This document shows positions 9,524 through 17,760 of a stretch of 58,150 bases of DNA, piece after piece. A program made the position numbers and the translations under genes. The notes under the pieces were generated by a model that saw only the letters and a list, made by a program, of their open reading frames with translations, was not told the DNA's origin and ran no database searches. Each line of letters begins with the position of its first letter. The stretch's first letter is position 1. Origin of the DNA: a virus (lineage: Duplodnaviria > Caudoviricetes); the IMG/VR virus record IMGVR_UViG_3300026897_000030, positions 1 to 58,150 of that record; one strand, written 5' to 3'.

Positions 9524-9956
9524 GCCAGAGCCCGGCCGCCTTGATCATCGCCGCGTTCATGCCCTTGACGGACTTGATGGTGTCGCCCTTGGCCGGCAGG
9601 CCCAGAAACTCCGCGCAGGAGGCGAGCGAGAGCGATCGCACGAAGGCCGCGATGAGTGCGCGGCAGACGCCCAGCGTGTCGATCATCAGGCGCGGGTCGA
9701 AGCCGTAGATCCACACCGTGATGCACATGTCGAACAGTGCATTGTGCGAGATCAGCACCGTGTTCTTGGGGTCGAGCGTCGCGAGGAAGGGCGCGATTTC
9801 GTGCGCCTCGAGGAAGAATGTCGGCTGCCCCAATGGCTTGACGGCGAGCCCGGTCACCTCGAAGCGGGGATCGAGGATGTATTCAATAGGGGTTAATTTG
9901 CGCAATGAATATTCATCATCGTAGTAAGTTTCATAGTCAAACGTGAGAATGTTCAT
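9501..9956 (-). pseudogene. Phage family-A DNA polymerase, only the N-terminal 3'-5' exonuclease fragment (151 aa)
   Basis: ExoI TFDYETYY and ExoII SHNALFD, then DTL..CRAL; terminates soon after IKAAGLW; no polymerase domain anywhere in the window. Confidence 0.8.
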
Positions 9957-10447
9957 AGATACCTCTCAAGGTAACCCACCATTTTGCGCAGGATTTCGGG
10001 GTCATCCTTGGCGTGGCCTAATCCCAAATTACAGTGGTGGCAGAGTATTCCCCTAAGCACCCCGGTTTTGTGGCAGTGGTCGACGTGCCACCTGGCTTCA
10101 GTGGTGCCACAAACCGCACAGCCCCCTTGTTTGTGCAGAAGCGCGTCACGTTCCTCTGGGGTTATCCCGTACAACCTCTTGTAGTGGCCGCGCCTCGCCT
10201 GTTCTTTTGAGCGTTCTGGATTTTGAGCTCGCCATTTCTTCGCGTAGGACCGGCTTTCATCTGGGTGTGTTCTACGTCGTTTCCTAGATGCCTCACGAGC
10301 GATTAAGCGCTGCTTCTCCGGGTTCTCTTGTCGCCACTTCTTGCGCGCTAAAACCTTCCGCTTTTTTCTGTCTAAGTCAGATATTTGCATTTGTTCAGAT
10401 TGCCCTTCCGACGCTATACGCGGGGTTGCCTTGCAAGGTAACCGCAC
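9953..10447 (-). CDS. Endonuclease VII-type HNH endonuclease (copy 2)
   Basis: LYGIT...QGGCAVC...[21 protein letters not shown]; true start probably the MQIS Met at about 10390. Confidence 0.88.
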   Translation of the reverse strand: MRLPCKATPRIASEGQSEQMQISDLDRKKRKVLARKKWRQENPEKQRLIAREASRKRRRTHPDESRSYAKKWRAQNPERSKEQARRGHYKRLYGITPEERDALLHKQGGCAVCGTTEARWHVDHCHKTGVLRGILCHHCNLGLGHAKDDPEILRKMVGYLERYL

Positions 10448-10495
10448 TATGTTGCGGGTGCCGTTGGGGCACGGCGCTCCTTGGGTGGAGTAGCG

Positions 10496-10537
10496 AACGG
10501 GTCGGAGGTTGTGGTGGCCTCCGACCCGTTTCTTTTT
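10496..10537 (+). terminator. Rho-independent terminator-like hairpin, with its U-tract on the plus (antisense) strand
   Basis: AACGGGTCGGAGG / CCTCCGACCCGTT stem followed by TCTTTTT. Confidence 0.65.
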
Positions 10538-10546
10538 GTGCCCGGG

Positions 10547-10897
10547 TCAGGGCACCGGGTCCAGCATCACGGCTGTGGTGATGATGGCCGACGCCCGCCG
10601 GATCTTCTCACGCGTGTGTTTCGAAAGGGCCGGCACCTGCCGCGGGTTCTTGGCTTCCTCGAGCTCACGCCGGACGCGGCCAACACAGACATTCATGATC
10701 GCCGGGAACACCATCTTCGCCTGTCGCTTGGTCAGGTTGTTGACGGCGTGGTCGATCATTTCGCGAGCCTCTCCGAAGGCAAGGTTGGTACGTAACTGGG
10801 TCTCCGGTTCACGCATGGTGTGGAATATGACGCGCGATTGGAGCTCGGTGAGCCGGCCCATCATGTAGACCCTGTTGCTGCGAGTGAAGCGGCTCAT
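10547..10897 (-). CDS. Hypothetical phage protein
   Basis: 116-aa ORF; ATG immediately after a palindrome copy containing GAGG. Confidence 0.65.
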   Translation of the reverse strand: MSRFTRSNRVYMMGRLTELQSRVIFHTMREPETQLRTNLAFGEAREMIDHAVNNLTKRQAKMVFPAIMNVCVGRVRRELEEAKNPRQVPALSKHTREKIRRASAIITTAVMLDPVP

Positions 10898-10924
10898 CGT
10901 AACCTCGTCAGGTAACCTTGTGGT

Positions 10925-11083
10925 GAAGTGGTGGCTTGCAGGATTTCACTGGGTACAGCTCGCGCCCGAACCGAGGGGCCAGAACCCTGCCTTGTCGCGC
11001 CTTGGACATGCAGCTCAATCAGCACTGCATGCCCGCACGCTCGCCCGAGCCACCCGGCAGCGGGAAGGATGCACCCCCTCGGT
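10925..11083 (-). ncRNA. Candidate pseudoknotted structured RNA in the intergenic leader
   Basis: Four complementary segment pairs, one crossing; A-C mismatches on plus become G-U pairs on minus. Confidence 0.4.
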
Positions 11084-12333
11084 CAGGAACTCTTCGGGAT
11101 CATCACGACATCGCCAAACGGGTAGCCCGATTTGTCGAGGCCGATGCTGCCCCAGATCACGCTGTAAGGCGGAGCCTGTTCGGGGAACGAGCCATATCCG
11201 TCGGTGAGGTAGACCAACGCGTCCGGCCGCAGCCCGGAATTGTAGATCTCGTCAAACACCGGCACGAACGACGTGCCGCCACCACCCGGCGCGCCCTTGG
11301 CACGGATCTCGATCAAATCCTCCGGCTCCTCAGCCTCGTCGACACGGTTGAGCGCGGCGTCGCACCACATGATGACAAGGCGCTCCGGCTTGACGTCGGA
11401 CAGGATGCCCGCCATTTCAGCCATGAACATGTTGAGCTCGGTGTCGCCGATCGAGCCAGAGGTGTCGATGCCGACCACCACGGTGCCGGCGCCGAAGCCG
11501 GTCGGGCCCGGGGCATAGCAGTCCCGCACGATCAGCCGCCGGTCGGGGCGCTGCCACGAATAAGCACCCGAGCCCACCTTGCGGGCCACCAGCGCCTGGA
11601 TCTGCTCTTTCCAGTCCACCTTCGGGTCGACTACCTCGCCGAGTAACCGCTCGAGCCCGGCCGGCAGCTTGCCCTGCACCTTGGCGGCGTTGATGCCCGC
11701 GGCGACAGCCTGCTGCCACTCGATCTCATTGCGGCCTTGGCTGGCCTGTGTCGGCTCTTGGCCGGTCGAGGTGCCAGGCGCCAGGTGCTCGTCAAAGCCC
11801 ACGCCCGCGGGCCCACCGTTCGGGTCGTTGTAGACCTTCTTGTAGACATCCAGCACCTGCGAGTTGCGATCGCCCAGCTGCGGGTCGTGCATCCACGCCG
11901 TGTTGAACTTGCCGGTCTTGGACTCGATCAGCAGGTCGTTGATGACCAAGTCCTGCGCGATGTTCATGGTCTTGTGGTCGTAGGGCAGCTCGCTGCCGTC
12001 CGGGTAGGAGACCTTGCCGCGCTTGTTCCAGTAGTGCATCTGGCCCATGTGGTTCCAGATATTGTGCATGATCTCATGCACGCAGATGAAGATGCGCTCC
12101 GACAGGTCGTAGTTGAAGAACGTGTCGGGGTTCAGCAGCAGGTTCGAGCCGTCGGTCGCAGCGATCGGCACCCCCCGTGTGAAGTAGGCGATGTGCTTCG
12201 ACTTGGCGTTGTCCATCATGGTGATGAACACATGCGCGAATGCCGGACAGTGCCAGAGCAGCGCGACGCGGGTCTGTTCCCACTTCTTGAGTTGCTCACT
12301 GGTCAGCTCGACTTGGGGCGGGGGAGTAGCCAT
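11083..12333 (-). CDS. DUF2201-type metallopeptidase plus vWA domain protein
   Basis: PIAATDG, HEIMH (HExxH), MIDAS DTSGS, GGGGTSF.PVF, YLTDGYG. Confidence 0.9.
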   Translation of the reverse strand: MATPPPQVELTSEQLKKWEQTRVALLWHCPAFAHVFITMMDNAKSKHIAYFTRGVPIAATDGSNLLLNPDTFFNYDLSERIFICVHEIMHNIWNHMGQMHYWNKRGKVSYPDGSELPYDHKTMNIAQDLVINDLLIESKTGKFNTAWMHDPQLGDRNSQVLDVYKKVYNDPNGGPAGVGFDEHLAPGTSTGQEPTQASQGRNEIEWQQAVAAGINAAKVQGKLPAGLERLLGEVVDPKVDWKEQIQALVARKVGSGAYSWQRPDRRLIVRDCYAPGPTGFGAGTVVVGIDTSGSIGDTELNMFMAEMAGILSDVKPERLVIMWCDAALNRVDEAEEPEDLIEIRAKGAPGGGGTSFVPVFDEIYNSGLRPDALVYLTDGYGSFPEQAPPYSVIWGSIGLDKSGYPFGDVVMIPKSS

Positions 12334-12340
12334 CGTTACC

Positions 12341-12652
12341 TCACGGGGTTACCGGCCGCTGCCCGATATGGCAGGTCGGCGGGGATTTCAGGATCTCGTT
12401 GATGGTGGCAAGAATGATGAGTGCGCTGTCGTCCAACACCTCAGCAAAGACCGTCAGCGGGTTTCTGTCGGTAGGGGTATCCAGCAGCAGGCTTGCCGGG
12501 GATCGGCTTTCAGGGACAACACCAACGATGATGATGTACCGTGTTGCACCCCGAACAGGTATTGACTTCACGGCCACGCCGATGCCGGGCCACGGCCGAG
12601 CGATATACACCCCGGCATGCTCTTTCTCTTCCGGGAAGCCCAGTTGGAGCAT
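12341..12652 (-). CDS. Hypothetical phage protein
   Basis: 103-aa ORF tiling the operon; ends in a palindrome copy. Confidence 0.55.
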   Translation of the reverse strand: MLQLGFPEEKEHAGVYIARPWPGIGVAVKSIPVRGATRYIIIVGVVPESRSPASLLLDTPTDRNPLTVFAEVLDDSALIILATINEILKSPPTCHIGQRPVTP

Positions 12653-12655
12653 GGC

Positions 12656-12889
12656 TCACGTCCCATACGCGGACGTGTCGATGTCGTCCGCCAGCATGAT
12701 CTCCTGCTCGCCGACGAACATGTCATCGGTGTAGAGCGCGATGGTGGGCTCGCGATCGTCCTGGAGCAGGAGCCCGGTCGTGAACAGGTGCTTCGCCGCC
12801 ATCTGTGCCGCGGACATGAGCGCCGGCTTCTTGGTCGCCTCGGTGTCGGAACGGAAGTTGATGCGCAGCTCGATCTTGATGGAGAGCAT
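12656..12889 (-). CDS. Hypothetical phage protein
   Basis: 77-aa ORF with AAGGA RBS. Confidence 0.65.
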   Translation of the reverse strand: MLSIKIELRINFRSDTEATKKPALMSAAQMAAKHLFTTGLLLQDDREPTIALYTDDMFVGEQEIMLADDIDTSAYGT

Positions 12890-12947
12890 GTGGTGGTCCT
12901 TTCGCTATTCGTTAGGGGAAGGGTACCCGGCAAGGTAACAATTGCGA

Positions 12948-13526
12948 TCAGGGTCGAGGTATGCAGGCCAGGTTGAGGATGATGCGGCAGATCGGGTCGG
13001 TGGCGCAATGCCGCTCGTATTGCTCCACGAAGCTGTAGTTGTTGTCATGGACGTAGAATTTCCACGTCCCGTTGGTGCTGTCCTGGTAGATGGTGTCGTA
13101 GTCGAGCATATGGCCAGTGCCGCCACCAGAGAACACCGTGGTCTCCGCCGCAGCCAGCATGAGCGACACAGCGAGCTTGTCCGAACGCTTGTTCTTGGGC
13201 AGGGAGATTTCCCACCACTCAGATACGCGCGATGAGACGATGTGGCGCTCGGCACAGACGAACGGCCGCTGCCAGAGCGTGGACAGCTCCTTGAAATAGC
13301 CACGGGCGGAGCCGGACACGTAGGAAGCGGTGCCCCAGTGGCCGCGAAGGAAGTCCGGGATCACACACATGCCGTGTTTGTAATAGCGCTCGGTCGTGGT
13401 CTCGATCCGGGAGAGCATCGCCCGGATGTGCTGTTCGGCCGTGTCGGCGTTGCGCTGGATCTCACGGATGCGGTCGTAGGCATTTCGCTCTATATGCCTG
13501 AAGTTGTCGTTGTCGCGGGGGTTCAT
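12948..13526 (-). CDS. Hypothetical phage protein (MNPRDNDN..., 192 aa)
   Basis: CCACGAGGCCAC leader before the ATG at 13526. Confidence 0.65.
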   Translation of the reverse strand: MNPRDNDNFRHIERNAYDRIREIQRNADTAEQHIRAMLSRIETTTERYYKHGMCVIPDFLRGHWGTASYVSGSARGYFKELSTLWQRPFVCAERHIVSSRVSEWWEISLPKNKRSDKLAVSLMLAAAETTVFSGGGTGHMLDYDTIYQDSTNGTWKFYVHDNNYSFVEQYERHCATDPICRIILNLACIPRP

Positions 13527-13609
13527 GGTGTGGTGGCCTCGTGGTGGTGGACGCGAGGGTGAGTGCGCGACCCGTAGTGTTTGCCCCGGGCCGCGGTTAC
13601 CTGGCTGGG

Positions 13610-14725
13610 TTACGCAGCCCGCCGGCCGATCGACGCCATCAGCGCCGAGTTGTTGATCGTCCACTTCTGGACGGCCGGGTTCATGACCAGCGTGGCATCA
13701 CGCTTCACGGCAGCCTGGAAGAAGGTCGTGGCGAACTCCTTCGGCAGGCGGTCGATGTATTCCGCGACCGGCTTGATGGACTTGCCGTCGACCTTGTGCG
13801 CCAGGTGGAAGCACACCAGCATCTGGGCGTCGGGCTTCTCGGGCACCTTCACCTTCTGCGGGTCGGCCACGATGGACGCGAACGAGGGCATCTCACGCTC
13901 CAGCTTGGCATGCGTGATCAGCTGTGCTGCCTCGCCGTCGCCGATGGTGCCAGCAAGAAGCGTCGTGGTGATGGGCAGGTTGTCCCGGGACAGCGGGTCC
14001 ATGCCGCTCGCCACCAGCTCGGTGTAGGTGCGGGCCGCCATGACCAGCGAACGCGGGGTACACCACGGGCGCTGCTTGTCGGGCACACCGTCCTGAAACA
14101 CCTTGTCCGGGTGGGCATTGGCAAAGGACGTGAACAGCGGCTCCACGCCATGGTCGGTCGCCCAGTCGGTCCACGCTGCCAGATCGTCGCGGATCTCGAT
14201 GATGTTGCGACGGTTGATGAGGAAGTCGAACTCCTTGGTCACACCGGAGCGATCGCCCTGCCGGTTGGTGGCGCAGACCACAGACCAGCCCGGGTTCAGC
14301 TTCCACTTGCCGACCTGCTTGTCGAGCAGCAGGCTGGCCGCGGCACGCTTGACGTCGGGCTCGGCCTGACCCCACTCGTCCAGGAACAGGATGCCGTTCT
14401 CGTATTCGGAGAGCGGGATGCCGTTCTGGTCGAGCATCCACAGCGGCATCGACGGGTCGGTGACGCAGAACACCTTGCCGTTGATCTCGCGCTCGGTCTT
14501 GAACTGGTAGCCGATCAGGTCGGGTGGCGTGTAGGTGGCGAGGAACGCTGTGGCGAAGCCCCACGGCTTGCCGCCGGCGGCGACGCTGGCCTCGCTCATG
14601 CGCTTGTGGGTGTCCATAATGAACTCGGACTTGCCGCGGCCGGGCGCCGAGGCGAGCACCTGTGCCACACCCGACTTGAGCAGCGCGGGCATGACGGTAT
14701 TGAGCTCCTTGAAGCTGAGGGACAT
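13610..14725 (-). CDS. MoxR-like AAA+ ATPase
   Basis: Walker A APGRGKS, DLIG, Walker B ILFLDE, ATNR..DRSG, TPRS; partner vWA gene nearby. Confidence 0.9.
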   Translation of the reverse strand: MSLSFKELNTVMPALLKSGVAQVLASAPGRGKSEFIMDTHKRMSEASVAAGGKPWGFATAFLATYTPPDLIGYQFKTEREINGKVFCVTDPSMPLWMLDQNGIPLSEYENGILFLDEWGQAEPDVKRAAASLLLDKQVGKWKLNPGWSVVCATNRQGDRSGVTKEFDFLINRRNIIEIRDDLAAWTDWATDHGVEPLFTSFANAHPDKVFQDGVPDKQRPWCTPRSLVMAARTYTELVASGMDPLSRDNLPITTTLLAGTIGDGEAAQLITHAKLEREMPSFASIVADPQKVKVPEKPDAQMLVCFHLAHKVDGKSIKPVAEYIDRLPKEFATTFFQAAVKRDATLVMNPAVQKWTINNSALMASIGRRAA

Positions 14726-14778
14726 AGGGGTCTTTCTCCTGATGGTGGGTGGGGGTAGTAACTTCGCGAGGTAACTGC

Positions 14779-15078
14779 CTAAGACGCGAGCTTCGTTCTC
14801 ACATCATTGGCGACGTCGGCGTAGATGTCATCGACAACAGCCGGCTCGAACACCAGCCACACGTCGGCGAGGCGGGTGATGCGTTGGTGAGTGCGCTGAA
14901 GGTTATGCTGGTCGCTCCAGTGCATCTTGTCGTAGTGCTCCTTGTTGATCATGAGCACGTTCTCTTTTTCCAAGAGATACGCCACCCAGGTGTCGTCCGG
15001 CATGACGCCCGGTGGGACAAAGCGCAGGATGCGTGCCGGCCCCTTGTCGGGGTTGAATGCGAAAGTGTTCTGAGACAT
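14779..15078 (-). CDS. Hypothetical phage protein
   Basis: 99-aa ORF with AGGAG RBS, flanked by palindromes. Confidence 0.65.
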   Translation of the reverse strand: MSQNTFAFNPDKGPARILRFVPPGVMPDDTWVAYLLEKENVLMINKEHYDKMHWSDQHNLQRTHQRITRLADVWLVFEPAVVDDIYADVANDVRTKLAS

Positions 15079-15114
15079 AGGGGCTCCTGTTACCCGTGCA
15101 GGTTACATCAAGCG

Positions 15115-15495
15115 TTACGCGGCGCGCGGGTTGACGGCGTGCTGGGCGATGACCTTGGCGTTTGTCATGGCCCACTTCTGGAACGCCGGCGCCCGCACCA
15201 GCGCGTTGCACTGGCTGACGGCGTGCTGCACAACACGGATCTCCATCTCCTTGGAGAGGGTGCCGGCATCGGCGATGAATGTTGCGATGGCCACTGATGG
15301 TGGCATCGAGGTGGCATCCAGACTATTGACGAACTTGTAGATGCGGTCCTTGACATCAGGGGCGGCGTTCTCGAGCGCGAACCTGAAGCGATCGTCGACC
15401 TGCTTCATGAAGCGATCGCGTTTGATGGCCGGGTCTTCCCAGTCCCTAAACGTCAGATACGCCGCTCGCAATCTGGGCCAGAAGTTGTTCAGCAT
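15115..15495 (-). CDS. Protein with a C-terminus paralogous to the MoxR ATPase C-terminal helical region
   Basis: AGGAG RBS before MLNNFW; LSKEM...AV...LVRAPAFQKWAMTN aligns with LPKEF...AV...LVMNPAVQKWTINN of the ATPase. Confidence 0.65.
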   Translation of the reverse strand: MLNNFWPRLRAAYLTFRDWEDPAIKRDRFMKQVDDRFRFALENAAPDVKDRIYKFVNSLDATSMPPSVAIATFIADAGTLSKEMEIRVVQHAVSQCNALVRAPAFQKWAMTNAKVIAQHAVNPRAA

Positions 15496-15841
15496 CGACG
15501 GGGTGCTCCTGTGGTGTTGGAGGTGGTGTGTGAGTGCGCGGCCTGTCATCGAGGCCAACGCCGCGGATTTCGTAGGCGATCAGAAACACGACGCAGCAGC
15601 CAAGATGCCAGAGGTGTGAGTAACCGGTCTCGGGATCACATGGCTCACCGTCCCACCATGCCGTAAGATGGCGGATGGCGGCATCGTATGGCCGGGACCA
15701 TGCCATGCCCTTTTCCCAGTTGCGGGGCTCATACTTCTTGGCACCGAACGCAAGCACGGTGATGATGGCTCGGAAGGAGTCCCACGGAGCGAGATGCCAC
15801 GGCGCTTTACCCTGATCATCTTTACGGCCTTCAAGCTGCAT
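15446..15841 (-). CDS. DUF5664 family dATP/dGTP diphosphohydrolase domain protein
   Basis: GRKDDQGK.PWHL...VLAFGAKKY..RNWEKG..WSR.YDAA.RHL.AWW.GE..DPETG.SHL.H. Confidence 0.85.
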   Translation of the reverse strand: MQLEGRKDDQGKAPWHLAPWDSFRAIITVLAFGAKKYEPRNWEKGMAWSRPYDAAIRHLTAWWDGEPCDPETGYSHLWHLGCCVVFLIAYEIRGVGLDDRPRTHTPPPTPQEHPVDAEQLLAQIASGVSDV

Positions 15842-15916
15842 GTCGTTTGACCCCAAACCAGTTTGGTGTAACCTCAATGGGTAACACCCCAATGTTTCCT
15901 GGGTGTATCCTCCCGT

Positions 15917-16063
15917 TTAGGACTTGTTCAGTCGCTGCCGTTCCTCGGCGATCTTGCGCAGCGCAAAGAGGTGCCCGGCGATCGAGTCGAGCGCTGCCCA
16001 GATGAACACCAGCAGGAACAGCAGGATTATCCAGCCGAAGACATAGAAGGCTGTTGCAAGCAT
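15917..16063 (-). CDS. Small membrane protein (48 aa; not in the ORF track)
   Basis: MLATAFYVFGWIILLFLLVFIWAALDSIAGH..., AGGAG RBS, one hydrophobic helix. Confidence 0.6.
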   Translation of the reverse strand: MLATAFYVFGWIILLFLLVFIWAALDSIAGHLFALRKIAEERQRLNKS

Positions 16064-16398
16064 GGTGGCGGGGCTCCTGTCTTGATCGTGATATCGTGGA
16101 CGATAATGCTCAGCACCATGAGCAGGTCATCGCAGTAGGTGTCGCAGTAATGCTGGCGTTCTCGAATGTGGTCGGACCAATCTTTGTAGTGATCCCACTT
16201 GTGTTTTTTGGGGATGACCCAGAGTGAGAACGTATGTTGGACCGGCACGTTGATGTTGTGCCGGATAACGGCCACCCAGTCCGGGTGCGGCCGACCCAGA
16301 TAGACAGCGTTGTGCCATTCCTCCTGCTCGAAGCCGAACGATGGGATCGGGTTCTGGTAGTCTTGAGACGTGAACGGCTTGTTCTGCCAGTTGCGCAC
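16027..16398 (-). CDS. Hypothetical phage protein
   Basis: GTG start right after a palindrome/RBS. Confidence 0.55.
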   Translation of the reverse strand: MRNWQNKPFTSQDYQNPIPSFGFEQEEWHNAVYLGRPHPDWVAVIRHNINVPVQHTFSLWVIPKKHKWDHYKDWSDHIRERQHYCDTYCDDLLMVLSIIVHDITIKTGAPPPCLQQPSMSSAG

Positions 16399-16402
16399 CG
16401 GA

Positions 16403-16600
16403 GTTACCCCTCGTGGTTACATGGTGGCCAGGTTCGGCACCCTCCAGACAGAGCGCACATAGACAGGGTTGTTCCAGATGCCTCGTGCCGTGGGGGAGGA
16501 CGGAGTGATAGCTCGTGTCCATCCGCGCCCAGCGGCGACCCAGTAAAAGACCGTCATTGTGTTACCCCTCGTGGTTACATGGTGGCCAGGTTTGGCACCC
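16403..16600. repeat. 40-bp direct repeat pair (16403-16442 and 16561-16600) bracketing a mini-gene
   Basis: GTTACCCCTCGTGGTTACATGGTGGCCAGGTTYGGCACCC, 39/40 identical. Confidence 0.9.
16417..16557 (-). CDS. 46-aa microprotein between the direct repeats
   Basis: MTVFYWVAAG...VPNLATM; ATG 3 bp after the palindrome. Confidence 0.45.
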   Translation of the reverse strand: MTVFYWVAAGRGWTRAITPSSPTARGIWNNPVYVRSVWRVPNLATM

Positions 16601-16811
16601 AGAACGAGCACCAGCTGTCGAGGCGCTTGCCACGTTCGTGGCCCGGCAAGTGGGCGTTGAAGCCCTCATGCGGGAAGCGGATCTCGCAGGTGCCGGCGTG
16701 CGGGAAGAAGCGTTTCTTCATCTCCTCGGTCGCAGGCGCAAACCAGTGGCAGGTGTCACATGACCGGCCGCCGCGTTTGTCGTACAGGGCGCAGACGTCA
16801 GCGCGGCTCAT
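16575..16811 (-). CDS. Cys-rich small phage protein
   Basis: SCDTCHWF...GTCEIRFP...DSWCSFW; GGAG RBS; ATGA overlap with the upstream gene. Confidence 0.6.
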   Translation of the reverse strand: MSRADVCALYDKRGGRSCDTCHWFAPATEEMKKRFFPHAGTCEIRFPHEGFNAHLPGHERGKRLDSWCSFWVPNLATM

Positions 16812-17059
16812 GACGGGTGTTTCTCCAGATTTGCTTTGCGCATGCGGCTGAGCACGGTGCGCAGGGTCTTGGCGTCGATCAGCGGGATCAGCTCTTCCTG
16901 CGTGAGTGCGCAAAAAACTTTGAACTTTTTCTCGTATAGTCGCCGAGCCTCCAGGCACGCGCTGGCTTGGGGGTCGTCGTGGAAGCGGATGGTGCCGGGG
17001 GACTTGGCGTCCTGGGCGAGTAACCACGCAGGGTAACTCTCTCGCTTTCGTCGAGGCAT
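16808..17059 (-). CDS. Hypothetical phage protein
   Basis: 83-aa ORF with GGAG RBS. Confidence 0.5.
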   Translation of the reverse strand: MPRRKRESYPAWLLAQDAKSPGTIRFHDDPQASACLEARRLYEKKFKVFCALTQEELIPLIDAKTLRTVLSRMRKANLEKHPS

Positions 17060-17160
17060 TGTGGTGGCTCCGGATCGTTCATGTCCCAGGTGAGGCGGCA
17101 GGAGGGGCAGGTCATCTGGTCTGAGACTTGGTACGCTGCACAGCGGGGCCGGTCAGGCAT
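16888..17160 (-). CDS. Small zinc-finger-like protein (CAAYQ.SDQMTCPSCRLTWDMNDPEPPQC)
   Basis: Cys motif and GGAG RBS; 3' end uncertain because it overlaps the next ORF heavily. Confidence 0.45.
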   Translation of the reverse strand: MPDRPRCAAYQVSDQMTCPSCRLTWDMNDPEPPQCLDESERVTLRGYSPRTPSPPAPSASTTTPKPARAWRLGDYTRKSSKFFAHSRRKS

Positions 17161-17395
17161 TCTCCAACTCCTTGATGAGCGCGCGGATGTAGGTGTCGTT
17201 CCATTCGCAATAGGCAAAGGCGGCGTGTGAGTTCCTGAAAATGATCTCTTTCGAGAAGCCTGGCCCGCGCCTGACGTGCCAGCTCGTCGTTACCCACTCC
17301 GGTTGGTCATCATAGCCGCGGCGCATGTACTTGCCGGCTGGCTGTAACCGCGTGAGGTAACCTTTTAGACAGCGCAGGCGGGTTTCATCAGGCAT
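17153..17395 (-). CDS. Microprotein, W.V..F..AA..Y..W family (member 3)
   Basis: MPDETRLR...; overlaps both neighbours. Confidence 0.5.
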   Translation of the reverse strand: MPDETRLRCLKGYLTRLQPAGKYMRRGYDDQPEWVTTSWHVRRGPGFSKEIIFRNSHAAFAYCEWNDTYIRALIKELENA

Positions 17396-17567
17396 TTTTT
17401 CCGACCCACTTGTTGTGCCAGTAGCAGTATTTCGCGGCGAGCTTCCGCTGCTTGAACCGTTCGATCGGTACGCCCCGTACCTTGACCACCCAGATCTTCG
17501 GATGCCGGTGGGGGCCGTCGCGCCGCATGACAGCGGTGTAGGGATGCTTCGTCTTAGCGGGCGACAT
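17388..17567 (-). CDS. Microprotein, W.V..F..AA..Y..W family (member 2; 59 aa, not in the ORF track)
   Basis: MSPAKTKHPY...IWVVKVRGVPIERFKQRKLAAKYCYWHNKWVGKNA. Confidence 0.55.
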   Translation of the reverse strand: MSPAKTKHPYTAVMRRDGPHRHPKIWVVKVRGVPIERFKQRKLAAKYCYWHNKWVGKNA

Positions 17568-17742
17568 TTTCGTCGATCCACTTGTTGTGCCAGTCCATGT
17601 ATCTGGCGGCAGCGACGATGTTCGTGAACGAGACGGACACCCGGTAATCCCAGGTCTTGGGCTCGGGCCGGAACCAGATCACGATCCACCCCTTAATGGC
17701 GTGGGCCGGGTTGGGGTGAACAGAGGCGCGCATCGAGATCAT
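17554..17742 (-). CDS. Microprotein, W.V..F..AA..Y..W family (member 1)
   Basis: ...SFTNIVAAARYMDWHNKWIDEN; ATG after a palindrome. Confidence 0.55.
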   Translation of the reverse strand: MISMRASVHPNPAHAIKGWIVIWFRPEPKTWDYRVSVSFTNIVAAARYMDWHNKWIDENVAR

Positions 17743-17760
17743 CGGTACCTCGCGGGGTTA

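Noticed and set aside
11004-11034. Hammerhead ribozyme core
   Set aside because: The minus strand reads CUGAUUGA, not CUGANGA, and the core geometry is absent
15446-15841. 2-aminoadenine (Z-genome) pathway
   Set aside because: No PurZ-like gene seen; DUF5664 alone is not sufficient
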